From an uncultured Acidobacteriaceae bacterium (GTDB taxonomy: Bacteria; Acidobacteriota; Terriglobia; Terriglobales; Acidobacteriaceae): a stretch of 64,000 bases of DNA. The stretch lies in contig CAWDYE010000006.1 in assembly GCA_963806565.1 (NCBI GenBank), positions 17,618 through 81,617 on the forward strand, read 5' to 3'. A model generated the notes under the pieces. The model saw only the letters and a list, made by a program, of their open reading frames with translations, was not told the DNA's origin and made no database searches. The position numbers were made by a program, and so were the translations under genes. This document shows positions 47,301 through 57,322 of this stretch, piece by piece. Numbering within the stretch: position 1 is the first letter of the stretch; every line of letters begins with the position of its first letter.

Positions 47301-47951
47301 GTGACCAAGAAATCGATTCGCGTGCTGGTTGTGGAAGATCACCACGTGGTGCGCCAGGGGCTGGTGGCGCTGTTGAACGTGGCAGAAGGCCTGGAAGTGG
47401 TGGGCGAGGCCGCGGACGGCGTGGAGGCCATCGCGGAGTTTCGCAAGCACCAGCCGGATGTCGCGCTCATCGATCTGCGGCTGCCGCGGCTCACCGGCGT
47501 CGAGGTCATCGAGCGCATTCGCATGGAGACGCCGCAGGCGCGCTTCATTGTGCTTACCACCTACGACGGCGACGAGGACATCTATCGCGCATTGCAGGCC
47601 GGCGCACGCGCCTACCTGCTCAAGGGCATGACCTCAGAAGAGTTGATCGCGACCATCCGCACGGTTCACGAGGGAAAATCGCACATTCCGCCGGCGATTG
47701 CGCAGAGGCTGGCCGAGCGCATGAGCACCGAGGAGCTGACGCCTCGCGAGTTCGACGTGCTGGAGCAGATTGTGCACGGCAAGAGCAACAAAGAGATTGC
47801 GACCGAACTGGAGATTTCAGAAGCTACAGTGAAGACCCACATCAACAACCTGCTCAGCAAACTGGGCGTAACAGACCGGACGCAGGCTGCTACGGCCGCC
47901 ATCCAACGCGGCATTGTTCCGCTCGAATCCTTAAGAAAGCCGAAGCCATGA
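47301..47951 (+). CDS. NarL/LuxR-family response regulator
   Basis: Receiver domain plus LTPREFDVL..GKSNKEIA..TVKTH. Confidence 0.95.
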   Translation: MTKKSIRVLVVEDHHVVRQGLVALLNVAEGLEVVGEAADGVEAIAEFRKHQPDVALIDLRLPRLTGVEVIERIRMETPQARFIVLTTYDGDEDIYRALQAGARAYLLKGMTSEELIATIRTVHEGKSHIPPAIAQRLAERMSTEELTPREFDVLEQIVHGKSNKEIATELEISEATVKTHINNLLSKLGVTDRTQAATAAIQRGIVPLESLRKPKP

Positions 47952-48466
47952 AGAAAATCATTCTATTCGCGGTTGTTTTCCTGTTGATTTGTCCGCTTTC
48001 AAGAGCGCAGAAAACAGCGTGGCGGCAAGCCTCGGATGCGGAGCTTGCGTCGCTGCTGCCGGCGCGGGCGCAGGTGGAGAAGGAACACATTGAAACCGAA
48101 ATGCGCACGGCGTCAGGCATTGTGAATGGCCGGGGCCGCTTCATCGCAGGAGTGGTGCTGCTGACGGCCGGGTACTCCGCGGAGGGAAAGTATTCGCACT
48201 ATATGATTGTGCAGACTCCGATCCGCGTCGGCGGGGTTGCTCTCAAGCCCGGGGAATATGTTTTTGGCTGGACGCGGTCGCAGTCAGGGGATAGTTTGCG
48301 GGTGCATTTCTACGTAGCCGCAACGGGCACACCAGTGGGCACTACGGACGCGCGCCGCGTTGCGGGGACGAGCCGCGTGGAGAGTCTGCACATCTGGCCT
48401 CCTGCCGACAAGGCATTGATTCAAATTGGACGCTTTGGCATTCCCTACGAGTTAATGGAAAAGTAG
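47948..48466 (+). CDS. Secreted hypothetical protein
   Basis: Signal peptide; ATGA overlap with the regulator stop. Confidence 0.75.
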   Translation: MKKIILFAVVFLLICPLSRAQKTAWRQASDAELASLLPARAQVEKEHIETEMRTASGIVNGRGRFIAGVVLLTAGYSAEGKYSHYMIVQTPIRVGGVALKPGEYVFGWTRSQSGDSLRVHFYVAATGTPVGTTDARRVAGTSRVESLHIWPPADKALIQIGRFGIPYELMEK

Positions 48467-48505
48467 ATTCCCATGGTTTCAGCGCGGAGAGTCTCACGAA
48501 GCATT

Positions 48506-49885
48506 TCAAGGCTCCACGGTGATAGCTACGAGCATCGGCGAGGAAACCGTGAGGGATGAGACAAAGTCAATGGAAGTGATTTTTTCTTCCGGCAGCGGGT
48601 TCTTCCACGTGAATTTGATGAGCTGGGTCTTCATTCCGGCTCTGCGGGTTGCGGGATTGGAACCAAACCAAACTTGATCGGCCTTGGTGACGCGCCCTTC
48701 CGCTGGGTGTGCCCACCAGTCAAGTTCGTTCTCTCCATAAATCAGATCCGCGGTTCTCGTCTCACCGTTTTCGTAATGCATGACGTATTCGCCGATCTTC
48801 AATCCCGTCTCCGCGCCTACAAAGGCCGCAGCCTGAAGGAAATGCACCGCTTTCCCTTTGCGGCCTACCGGAATACCCATCACCGCCTCAGGCAAAGCCA
48901 GTCCGCTCACTTCAAGCGACTTGGTTCCTGCCAGTACAATCAAGCCGCGCACGTCGAACAGCACGCCTCCAAAGCTCTGCAATCCCTCAGGAATATCCTG
49001 CAGGTCATGTCCTGGATGGTTGAACCAGTCGTCATTGAGCGAGGCGCCATAAAATCTGGAAAGGTCCACCTGATCGGGAGTGGCTGAAGGATCTCTCGGC
49101 GGAATCGGATTCCAGGCTTTGATGGAATCGAACCACTCGTAGGTCCGATGCGCTTGATCCGGCTCAATTGTCATGGCGATCAGGAAGGGCGCGGCTTGCG
49201 TCTTGTTCGACACAAAATCCATCGTCTTGATCTCCACGCCGGGCAGAGGATTGTTCGCCGTGTATTTGAATATCTGTGTGGCTTTATCCGACCAAGCCGT
49301 CACAGCATCGGTCAAAACCGGTTCGGCGTTTCCGCTAAACGAATTCTTTATATTGCGGCCATAGATCAGCGGAATATTCTTCGTTTCTCCACCGGCATAA
49401 TGCAGAACATAATTGCCGATGACAGTGTCTACTTGGGCGTAGCCGACTGCGCCTTGAAGAAAATCAAGTTTTTCGCCCTTGTAATTGATGACAATGCCAT
49501 TCACGGCGTTGGGATGGACCGTGGCTTGAGAGCCTGCCAACTGAATCATTCCGCGAATATCGAATGCGGCTCTGGAAAAAGCATACACTCCCTGCGGCAA
49601 GGAACCGAGATGCCCGTCTTTCAGCGAAGACGTGTAATACGAGGTGAAATCCATTAAATCCGGGATGGCCTGCTTGCTCCTGATCGGGATTTGCAATGAG
49701 CTCGACGCAGAAATGGAATTGGATTTCGGGAGTTGGGGACTCGCATTTTGCGCATAGAGATGCATAGCGCTATCCAATGTAGCCGGCTCATGTTTTTTAT
49801 TTCTGCTCTGTTGCGCATGCGCTGTGATGGATGAAAAGAGTAGAGAGCAAAGGGAAAACAGAAAAACATATCTGGGTTTCATCAT
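48506..49885 (-). CDS. Secreted protein with an internally duplicated domain
   Basis: Signal peptide; FDxRGxIxLAG..FLQ.A..IGxYVxHY..GET..LIYG..PLP..I..DFVS occurs twice. Confidence 0.75.
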   Translation of the reverse strand: MMKPRYVFLFSLCSLLFSSITAHAQQSRNKKHEPATLDSAMHLYAQNASPQLPKSNSISASSSLQIPIRSKQAIPDLMDFTSYYTSSLKDGHLGSLPQGVYAFSRAAFDIRGMIQLAGSQATVHPNAVNGIVINYKGEKLDFLQGAVGYAQVDTVIGNYVLHYAGGETKNIPLIYGRNIKNSFSGNAEPVLTDAVTAWSDKATQIFKYTANNPLPGVEIKTMDFVSNKTQAAPFLIAMTIEPDQAHRTYEWFDSIKAWNPIPPRDPSATPDQVDLSRFYGASLNDDWFNHPGHDLQDIPEGLQSFGGVLFDVRGLIVLAGTKSLEVSGLALPEAVMGIPVGRKGKAVHFLQAAAFVGAETGLKIGEYVMHYENGETRTADLIYGENELDWWAHPAEGRVTKADQVWFGSNPATRRAGMKTQLIKFTWKNPLPEEKITSIDFVSSLTVSSPMLVAITVEP

Positions 49886-49987
49886 TCCTCCTGAATTGCG
49901 GCTCAGAGAAACCTTATGGGTCTCAAATGAATTTAGGCCTCTGTCATGCTATAAGAGACGCGGTAACAACGAAGGCGTCCAAGATGC

Positions 49988-52018
49988 CTACGGCCGGCGC
50001 GGCTCGCCGGTTTGCAGGAAGGCGACTCCCGCAACCGTCTCCCCCGAAGCCAGCACGTTCCTCAGCCGCTCGGGATTGGCGCCGCTGCGGGCAGAGGCCG
50101 CTTTGAGCAGGCGCAACGCCGATGCTGGAGTGGTTCCTGGCGGCAAACGGAAGATCCACGGAATGTTGGCTGAGGTCAGTGTTTTGTCGCTGCTCAGCGC
50201 GACCACCGGAACAAAGGCCTTGAGCGCCAGTTGCTCGGCCAGGTGCGCGGCGTCGCGATCCAACGCGATGATGGCAAGCGCATGCTCGTCCATCAGCGCG
50301 TGAACCAACTGAGTTGAAGCCGCGCCCCAATTCTGATCGCTCTCCACGGTCTCGAGCTTCCACTCGCGGCCCCTCGTCGCGGCGGCCGCCAACTCTGCCT
50401 GCACCTCCGGCGACTGCGCAATCTCGGCTGCATGAGGCCCAAAGAGAACCACACGCACCGGGCCAGCCGGAACATCTGCGCGCTGCGGGCCGGCATAGTC
50501 CACGCCATCCTCGCCCACGCGCGCATAAGGTTGCGCGAGGGACGCAGAAGATTCCTGCCGCGCAAGCGGCGTCTGCCCCACCGCAGGTGGTTTCTCCATC
50601 GATGCAACGCGATACGTGAGCGCCCCGTTATGCACCGTGCCCAGGTACATGGGTGCGACATTTTTCTGGTTGGGGTCGAAGATCATGTGCCCGGTTACGC
50701 CGTCGTATTCTTCAATATCGGCCAGCGCATCGTGAATCCGCGCGCGATTCAATCCCGCCTTGCAGATCGAATCCAGCAGCATATTCATCGCGTCATAGGC
50801 CAGCGAGGCAAACTGCTCCGGTTTCTCGTGGAAGCGCGCTTCAAATCTCTTGTTGAAGTCGATCCACTTCGGATCGTTGCGCGAGGGATCGTAGGGGAAG
50901 ACGGCCTCAAAGCCTTCGGCGGCAGGCCCGGCTTCGGCCAGCAGCTCCGGCCCCAGCGTGCGATAAGAGCCGAAGACGCGCTGCTTCATACCCAGCGCCC
51001 GCATCTCTTTGAGAATCTCGGCTGTCTCCGCTTCGTCGGCCCAAAGAACAATCGCGTCCACACGCGAATCGCGTATCACCTTGAGCTGGCGCGTGAAATT
51101 CGTATCTCCGGGCAGGTACTTCTGCTCGATGACCACCGGGTGGCCCAGCCGAACCGAGGCCTGGCGAAACTTGACCACCCCCATGCGGCCGTAACGGTTG
51201 TTCACGCGCAGAATTCCCGCGCGCTTGAGGCCCAGATCAGAATAGATGTTGCGCGCCAAGGTGAAGCACTGCACGCGGTCGTCCTGCAGATCGGTGAAAT
51301 ACCAGGGAATAGATGTTTCTGGAATGGTGGGATCGGTGGAGGCGGAGTTGACGATGGGAATCTCGGCTTTCAGAGCAAGGCGCAGAATAATGTGCGTGGA
51401 CTCGGAGCTAATCGAGCCGAAGATCGCCCAGTCATGATCGTCGTAGATCATCTTTACGCCCACGTCGCCGGCGGAGCCCCAGATTGCCGCGTTGGTGGGC
51501 CGCTGCGTGCCGTAGACCGCGTTGGCCTGCCAGTTATTGTAGTCGTTGTGCAGCATCAGCTTGAAGGGCTTGCCGCCGTAGCCTCCGCGGGCGTTGGCCT
51601 CTTCCACAGCCAATTCGGCGCCGTGGAGCATGCGCTGGCCGAATAGCTGGCCGGGCGTGTCTTCAAGCGGCGCGAAGAAGCCGATGCGCACTTCCTTCAC
51701 GTTCTTCGGATCGGGAATCTCGCGGCTCGGTCCGGTGTAGATAGTGGGGCGGGTGTAGTAGAGATAGTAGGGCGTAACGAACTTCTCGTAGGGACTCAAA
51801 TCCTTGGGCTCGCCCGCATAAGGCTCAACCAGGCGATCCTTCGGCGGCCCCGGCGGATGCGCGCCGCACTCGCACGTGCCCTTGCCCGTGACCTTGACCG
51901 GACTCGCGTCCCGATCCGTGACCTGGCTGGAATACGGCGCGCCGCTCTGCCCGGCCGCGGGAAGCGCGCAGAGCGCGGCGATCGCGCATACCACTGCCAA
52001 CAACCATCCCTTGCGCAT
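49988..52018 (-). CDS. Type-1 periplasmic ligand-binding protein (LivJ-like) with a second partial domain
   Basis: Signal peptide; GAELAVEEANARGG, FASLAYDA, YDGVTGHMIFD. Confidence 0.8.
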   Translation of the reverse strand: MRKGWLLAVVCAIAALCALPAAGQSGAPYSSQVTDRDASPVKVTGKGTCECGAHPPGPPKDRLVEPYAGEPKDLSPYEKFVTPYYLYYTRPTIYTGPSREIPDPKNVKEVRIGFFAPLEDTPGQLFGQRMLHGAELAVEEANARGGYGGKPFKLMLHNDYNNWQANAVYGTQRPTNAAIWGSAGDVGVKMIYDDHDWAIFGSISSESTHIILRLALKAEIPIVNSASTDPTIPETSIPWYFTDLQDDRVQCFTLARNIYSDLGLKRAGILRVNNRYGRMGVVKFRQASVRLGHPVVIEQKYLPGDTNFTRQLKVIRDSRVDAIVLWADEAETAEILKEMRALGMKQRVFGSYRTLGPELLAEAGPAAEGFEAVFPYDPSRNDPKWIDFNKRFEARFHEKPEQFASLAYDAMNMLLDSICKAGLNRARIHDALADIEEYDGVTGHMIFDPNQKNVAPMYLGTVHNGALTYRVASMEKPPAVGQTPLARQESSASLAQPYARVGEDGVDYAGPQRADVPAGPVRVVLFGPHAAEIAQSPEVQAELAAAATRGREWKLETVESDQNWGAASTQLVHALMDEHALAIIALDRDAAHLAEQLALKAFVPVVALSSDKTLTSANIPWIFRLPPGTTPASALRLLKAASARSGANPERLRNVLASGETVAGVAFLQTGEPRRP

Positions 52019-52023
52019 GAGAA

Positions 52024-52524
52024 CTACTCCTTGTCTGCCGCTGCCCGATCCGTGCGGAACATGGCGATGGCCTCGATTTCGACAAGCAGCTCAGGCCGGC
52101 AGAGATGCGCTTGGATTCCGGTCGAGGCGGGAAGCGGATCCAGTCCCTGCTCCTTGAAGAATGCCGTGCGCCCGGCATTGAAGACATCATAGTCGCGATC
52201 GATGTCCCGCAGGTAGCAAGTGGTGCGCACGATATCGTGCCAGGTGGCGCCTTCGCTCTTCAGCAGGCCGGTGATGTTGTCGAAGGTCCGGCGCAACTGA
52301 GCCGGAAAGTCGCCGATGTGGACGCTCCGGCCGTGCTCGTCGATGGAAGCCGTGCCCGAGATCAGCAGGATAGTGACGTCGCCGATGTCGATCCTCGTGC
52401 CGCGCGAAAATGAGCTTGGCTTGGCGTATGCGTATGCTTCGTTGAGTACGCCGTGATTGGTGATGGCGCGCTTTTGGATGGGCGCGTGCGCGATGGCTTC
52501 CAGAATATCCGCAAATGCATTCAT
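52024..52524 (-). CDS. Rid/YjgF-family protein resembling the chorismatase C-terminal domain
   Basis: SFSRG, ISGTASI, LCRPELLVEIEA. Confidence 0.85.
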   Translation of the reverse strand: MNAFADILEAIAHAPIQKRAITNHGVLNEAYAYAKPSSFSRGTRIDIGDVTILLISGTASIDEHGRSVHIGDFPAQLRRTFDNITGLLKSEGATWHDIVRTTCYLRDIDRDYDVFNAGRTAFFKEQGLDPLPASTGIQAHLCRPELLVEIEAIAMFRTDRAAADKE

Positions 52525-52544
52525 GATTGCTGCTCCTTATGGAC

Positions 52545-53678
52545 TTATTGTTTTTGTCGAATCCCGTGGCTCAAACCCTTGGCGGTGGCGACCCAGATGT
52601 CGTCGCCTTGAAAGTCAATGCCGAGAATATAGTTGTGGGCCGGCGCGGTGGCGACCTCGACCGGCGTGATTTTGCCTTTTGCGTCCCGCACCCACATCTC
52701 CGGCTTGCCCGTCGTGAGCGAGGGCGTGTAGACGGCCCAGTTGACGCCGTCGTAGTAGGCCAGCCCCTTGTCGGTGCAGAACCAGGCGCGATTGGCGTCC
52801 ACGCCCTTTACGTAATTGATAAAGTTCGAGGGCAGGCCGCTGTCCTTGGTAAGAAAGTTGTGCCAGTAGCGGTGGTCGTAATGGCTGGCGCCGAAGTACG
52901 TGGCCACCCACAAAACCTTGTCCACGTAACTGACCGAGCTGACAATCTGGTGAATCAAGCCCTGATTCTTGTAGAGAACGATCTCGGTTTCGTCGTCGGG
53001 ATCTTCGTACTTGTCCCAGGTGCCGGTCGCCTGATTGTATTCGAGAACTCCTCCGCCCCAGATCGCGTAGTACACCATGCTGGGCGTGGCGGAAACGCCG
53101 TAGGCCCATATCTCGATCATGGGCGTGTTGCGCTCGTTGTAAAGCGACCACTCGCCGGTATCGAGGTTCAGGCGGCAGGCTCCGGCGGCTGTGGCTACCC
53201 AAACGTTATCGCCCTCCACGCTGACGCCGTAGACCACATCGTTGCTCAGCCCGGAGTTCAACTGCGTGAAGCTGTCGATGCGCCCGCCGGAGATGCGGCT
53301 CAAGCCCCCCATGGTGCCGGCCCACACGTCGCCGGTGCGCTTGTCCAGCGCCAGCGAGAGCACGGCACGATGCGCCAGGCCGTCTCTGGTGGTGAAGGTC
53401 TTCCACTTGCCGTTTTCGTAGAGCCCCAGCCCATTGTCCGTGCCCGCCCAGATGCGGTCGCCATCCACCAGCACCGAGTACACATGGTCGTCGGGCAGGC
53501 CGTTGGCGGTGGTGAAATTCTCAAAACGAAAGCGCGGCATCCGCGGTGGGGCAGACGGCGCTTGCGCGCCATGAGATTTTTGCGCTCCAGATGCTGGTGC
53601 TTGCGTTGCGAAAAGGACAGGCGCTACAGCCGCCAGCGCAGCGCCAATGATGAGCGTTTTCCATGCCAGTTTCTTCAT
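52545..53678 (-). CDS. Secreted beta-propeller protein (two-component-regulator propeller repeats)
   Basis: Signal peptide; xWxGTxxGL repeats; NSGLSND/DSGLPSN. Confidence 0.85.
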   Translation of the reverse strand: MKKLAWKTLIIGAALAAVAPVLFATQAPASGAQKSHGAQAPSAPPRMPRFRFENFTTANGLPDDHVYSVLVDGDRIWAGTDNGLGLYENGKWKTFTTRDGLAHRAVLSLALDKRTGDVWAGTMGGLSRISGGRIDSFTQLNSGLSNDVVYGVSVEGDNVWVATAAGACRLNLDTGEWSLYNERNTPMIEIWAYGVSATPSMVYYAIWGGGVLEYNQATGTWDKYEDPDDETEIVLYKNQGLIHQIVSSVSYVDKVLWVATYFGASHYDHRYWHNFLTKDSGLPSNFINYVKGVDANRAWFCTDKGLAYYDGVNWAVYTPSLTTGKPEMWVRDAKGKITPVEVATAPAHNYILGIDFQGDDIWVATAKGLSHGIRQKQ

Positions 53679-55585
53679 CGCGTCCTCAAGTACTCAATCA
53701 GATCGTTGAGTTCGTCCTTGGTCAGGTCGTTGGTGCGACCGTGCTTGTCATCGGGGTTATAGATCGTCCAGATCTCTTCCAGCGTGTGCGCCGAGCCGTC
53801 GTGCAGATAGGGCGCGGTGAGTGCGATGTTGGTCAGCGGCGCGGACTTGAATCGCCCCCCTGTGTCCGTGGCTTTGCGCGTTCCCACATCGAAGATCTTA
53901 TGATTGGTACCCTTGGGGCCGCTGTGGCAATAGGAGCAGCGGTTGCTCTCCGGAATCGGCTTGCCAAACTTGTCCACCGAGCGCTCGAATATCTCCTCGC
54001 CGCGCTCCTGCGCGGGCGTAAGCTCGCCGCCCGGCAGCTGCCAGCGGTTGGGCCGCGGCTCCAAACTGCGAATGTACGTCACCAGGTCGGCGAGCGTACG
54101 GTCGTCATACTGCTCCGAGCGCCAGAAGTATTTTTCCGTCCTCGGGCCGCACTCCGTAGGCAGGTTAGGATTCCCCCCATTCCACTTGTAAGGCTCGGTG
54201 TCCTTAACGCCCTCCAGCATCTTGTTATCCACAATGTCGAGGCCAAATCCGTCCGGCTCCAGATCCCAGGTGAGCCCGTCGAAGGTAGAGTCGATGTGGC
54301 AACTGGAGCAACTTATCTGTCCCTGGAAGGAGTAGCGCGCGGTGTAGAAGGCCCGTTCGCCGCGGCGCATCGTGGAATTCGTCTTCGGCCCGGCCAGCTT
54401 GACGGTCGAGGCCACGCGATCGGTGCGCGTGTCGATTACGCTGATCGTGTCCTCGAGGCGGTTGGCTACGAAGAGCTTGCTGCCGTCGAGGTTGAGCGCG
54501 AGGCCGCGAGGATTGTGCCCCACGGGGATGCGGGCAATTACGTAATTGGCGCTGGCGGCAAGGTCATAGGCAAAGGAGCCTGATTCCGGGCGCGGGCGCG
54601 AGTGGATGAAGCGCAACAGGCGCGGCAGGTCGATAACCATGACGCACTCCGAGCCGCCGATGGTGACGTAAAGGCGCGACTTGTTTGGCGCTATAGCCAC
54701 GCCGAATGGCTGTGAGGCATAGCGCTCGAGTTCGTCGAGCGGCACTTCGACGGGCTTGCCCACATCCGCGCCAAAGAGCGTGAGCGTGTAAGCGAATGCG
54801 CCGCCGTGCTCCAGATGCGCCAGCGGCACGAGATTCTTGGGGTGATATTCGGCCACCACACCCAGCCGTCCATCGGATGAGAACGCCAGATGAAAAACGC
54901 CCGCGATGCTGTGCAGTGGAATGCGATCCACCACCTCGGCCCGTGCCGTTTCGATCACCGTAATCTCCGACTCCGGCGCGATTCGATTATCGTGATCGGT
55001 CGGCACACGCGGTGAATTAGGATAAATGTGCGTCGCGTAAACCCGGCCACCATCCGGAGAAATCGTCAGATAGCTTGCGCCGCGCCCGGCCACCAGCCGT
55101 TTTTCTACCTCGCCAGTATGGGCATTCAGGACGGCCACATCGTCGGAGATGCGATTGGCCACGTACAGGCGCTTGCCGGCGCGATCCTCCACCACGCCAG
55201 ACGGCTCCGCGCCAACGCGCCAGGTGGCTACCACGGAAAGCGATTGCGTATCAATGACCGAGAGGGTGTCATCCCGGGAGTTGGTAACGTACAGGCGATC
55301 GCCTGAGGGCGAGAGCGAGATGCCGCGCGGTACGCGGCCCACGGCGATATTCTTAATCACCGCGTAGCTCGTCGCATCCAGCACTCTCACCTCTTCGCTC
55401 TGCTGGCATAGCACGTAGAGGCGCGATCCATCGGGCGAGAGCAGAATCTCGAGTGGCGAAGCGTAGTCCACAGCATCGGCCTCGCTCGCGCGCACCGGGC
55501 GATCCGCCCAGAGCGCAGCCACCAGCAGCGCCACGGCCAGCGCCGTCAGCCCCGTGCCCATCGCGGTTTGTATGCGCCGGTTCAC
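53675..55585 (-). CDS. YVTN beta-propeller fused to a di-haem cytochrome c peroxidase-like domain
   Basis: RLYVxNxxxDxxxVID repeats; CSSCH and CSYCH; TAPYLHDGS..TLEE. Confidence 0.88.
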   Translation of the reverse strand: MNRRIQTAMGTGLTALAVALLVAALWADRPVRASEADAVDYASPLEILLSPDGSRLYVLCQQSEEVRVLDATSYAVIKNIAVGRVPRGISLSPSGDRLYVTNSRDDTLSVIDTQSLSVVATWRVGAEPSGVVEDRAGKRLYVANRISDDVAVLNAHTGEVEKRLVAGRGASYLTISPDGGRVYATHIYPNSPRVPTDHDNRIAPESEITVIETARAEVVDRIPLHSIAGVFHLAFSSDGRLGVVAEYHPKNLVPLAHLEHGGAFAYTLTLFGADVGKPVEVPLDELERYASQPFGVAIAPNKSRLYVTIGGSECVMVIDLPRLLRFIHSRPRPESGSFAYDLAASANYVIARIPVGHNPRGLALNLDGSKLFVANRLEDTISVIDTRTDRVASTVKLAGPKTNSTMRRGERAFYTARYSFQGQISCSSCHIDSTFDGLTWDLEPDGFGLDIVDNKMLEGVKDTEPYKWNGGNPNLPTECGPRTEKYFWRSEQYDDRTLADLVTYIRSLEPRPNRWQLPGGELTPAQERGEEIFERSVDKFGKPIPESNRCSYCHSGPKGTNHKIFDVGTRKATDTGGRFKSAPLTNIALTAPYLHDGSAHTLEEIWTIYNPDDKHGRTNDLTKDELNDLIEYLRTR

Positions 55586-57321
55586 TTCGGTTTCCTTTCT
55601 CCCGGCTCCTGCACGGTGATTACACGGTCAACACTCAGCTTCTCCAGCGTCTGCTCGATTCCACTGGGCCAGTGAATGATCAGCTTGTCGATGGTGGTTG
55701 CTGCACCAAGTCCGAAGTGCAGGCGTTCATCGTTCTGCGAGAGATAGCCGGAGCCGGCCACACGTTCCGCTGTTTGGCGCTTGCCCGCGGCAAAAACTTC
55801 AACGCGCGCGCCAATGCCGTCGCGATTGCTTTTGGCATTCGGGCCGGAAGCAGAGTTATGATCGCCAGGCCGCATCGCGCCGATGAGCTTGATGTCGATC
55901 CAGTGGCCGGTGTTGGTGGAGACGTTGCGCAGCAGCGTTCCTCGTGCGCCGAGATTCACTACAAAGGCACCCACCTTGCCGTTGTTTTCGTAGTCGGCAA
56001 AACACGCGCCGCGCGAGGTGGTGCGCGTGTTGATCACCTGCCCTGCGGTCTCCGAGACATCCGCGAACTTCCCGTTGCCCAGTCCGCGAAAGAGCGTGTG
56101 CTCCTCGGGAATAAGATGAATCAACCCGCCGTGAAAGATGAGAATGTCGAGCAGGCCGTCGTTATCGAAGTCGTAAACGCCCGAGCCCCAGCTCACATAC
56201 TGCGCGTTGGTCTGAGAGACGCCGTTCGATGCGCCCATGTCCTCAAAGCCCTGCTTGCCTATATTGCGCAGCAGCCGGTTATAGTGGCCATCGGAGACCC
56301 ACAGGTCCAGCATTCCGCGGCCCTCGAAGTCGGCAAAGACCGGGCCCATCGATGAAGTCGATTCGCCATTCTGCCCGTAGGCCGTGCCCGTATCGTTGGC
56401 TACATCTTCGAAGGTTCCATCGTGCTTGTTGTGGAAAAGAAAGTTTTCCGTGCGGTCGTTGGAAACGTAGATATCGTCCCAGCCGTCGTTGTCGAAGTCC
56501 GCCGCGGTCACGCCCATGGTGCGGCCCACGTAGGCGCCGATGCCCGACTTGTCGCTCACATCCGTAAAGGTTCCATCGCAGTTGTTGTGATACAACTTGT
56601 TGGTCTCGCCCTCGTAGTCCAGCGGCCCCGGATAGTTGTCGGCGGCATAATACGCGCGGTATTTGGGATCGAACTTGACGTAGCGGCCCACGAACAGGTC
56701 CACGCATCCGTCCCTGTCGTAGTCCAGCCAGGTTGAGCTGATCGACCAGCCGTCCACATTGATGCCGGCCTTCTTCGTGACGTCGGTGAAGGTGCCGTTG
56801 CCGTTGTTGTGATAAAGAATCACTTTGCCATAGCCGGTCACCAGCAGATCGACATATCCGTCGTTGTCATAATCGGCCGCCGTCACGGCCATTCCATATA
56901 AATCCGGATCAAGGCCGGATTTCTCCGTCACGTCGGTAAAGGTGCCGTTGCCGTTGTTGCGATAGAGGTGATTATGCGGCAGCGGATCGGGCTTCACTTT
57001 GAGCGGATAGGGATGCATCGAGTCGTCCAGCGGCCGTCCGTTGATCACGTAGAGAGACTCCAGGCCGGAGTTGTTGTAATCGAACCAGATGCAGCCCGCT
57101 CCGGTGCCTTCGAGCAGCGAACCCAGTTGCCGCGAGCCAAAGCTGTGCGTAAAGTGGATGTCAGCCTTGTCGCTGGCATCTTCAAAGCGAATCACCGGCG
57201 CCACCTGCGGTGGGGCAGACGCCGCTTGCACGCCATGAATGGATTGTGCAGGTAGCAGCGGAGCAGGCGGCGCCGCGGCCAGGGAAGCAACTCCAAATAA
57301 AAGAAGAAAGCGATAATTCAT
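55582..57321 (-). CDS. CRTAC1-family FG-GAP/ASPIC-UnbV protein
   Basis: Signal peptide MNYRFLLLF; DYDNDG repeats; GSGYLSQNDERLHFGLG. Confidence 0.92.
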   Translation of the reverse strand: MNYRFLLLFGVASLAAAPPAPLLPAQSIHGVQAASAPPQVAPVIRFEDASDKADIHFTHSFGSRQLGSLLEGTGAGCIWFDYNNSGLESLYVINGRPLDDSMHPYPLKVKPDPLPHNHLYRNNGNGTFTDVTEKSGLDPDLYGMAVTAADYDNDGYVDLLVTGYGKVILYHNNGNGTFTDVTKKAGINVDGWSISSTWLDYDRDGCVDLFVGRYVKFDPKYRAYYAADNYPGPLDYEGETNKLYHNNCDGTFTDVSDKSGIGAYVGRTMGVTAADFDNDGWDDIYVSNDRTENFLFHNKHDGTFEDVANDTGTAYGQNGESTSSMGPVFADFEGRGMLDLWVSDGHYNRLLRNIGKQGFEDMGASNGVSQTNAQYVSWGSGVYDFDNDGLLDILIFHGGLIHLIPEEHTLFRGLGNGKFADVSETAGQVINTRTTSRGACFADYENNGKVGAFVVNLGARGTLLRNVSTNTGHWIDIKLIGAMRPGDHNSASGPNAKSNRDGIGARVEVFAAGKRQTAERVAGSGYLSQNDERLHFGLGAATTIDKLIIHWPSGIEQTLEKLSVDRVITVQEPGERKPK

Positions 57322-57322
57322 C

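Noticed and set aside
50432-51646. 404-aa plus-strand ORF and similar long ORFs opposite chromosomal genes (52527, 53663, 55453)
   Set aside because: Antisense shadows typical of GC-rich coding DNA
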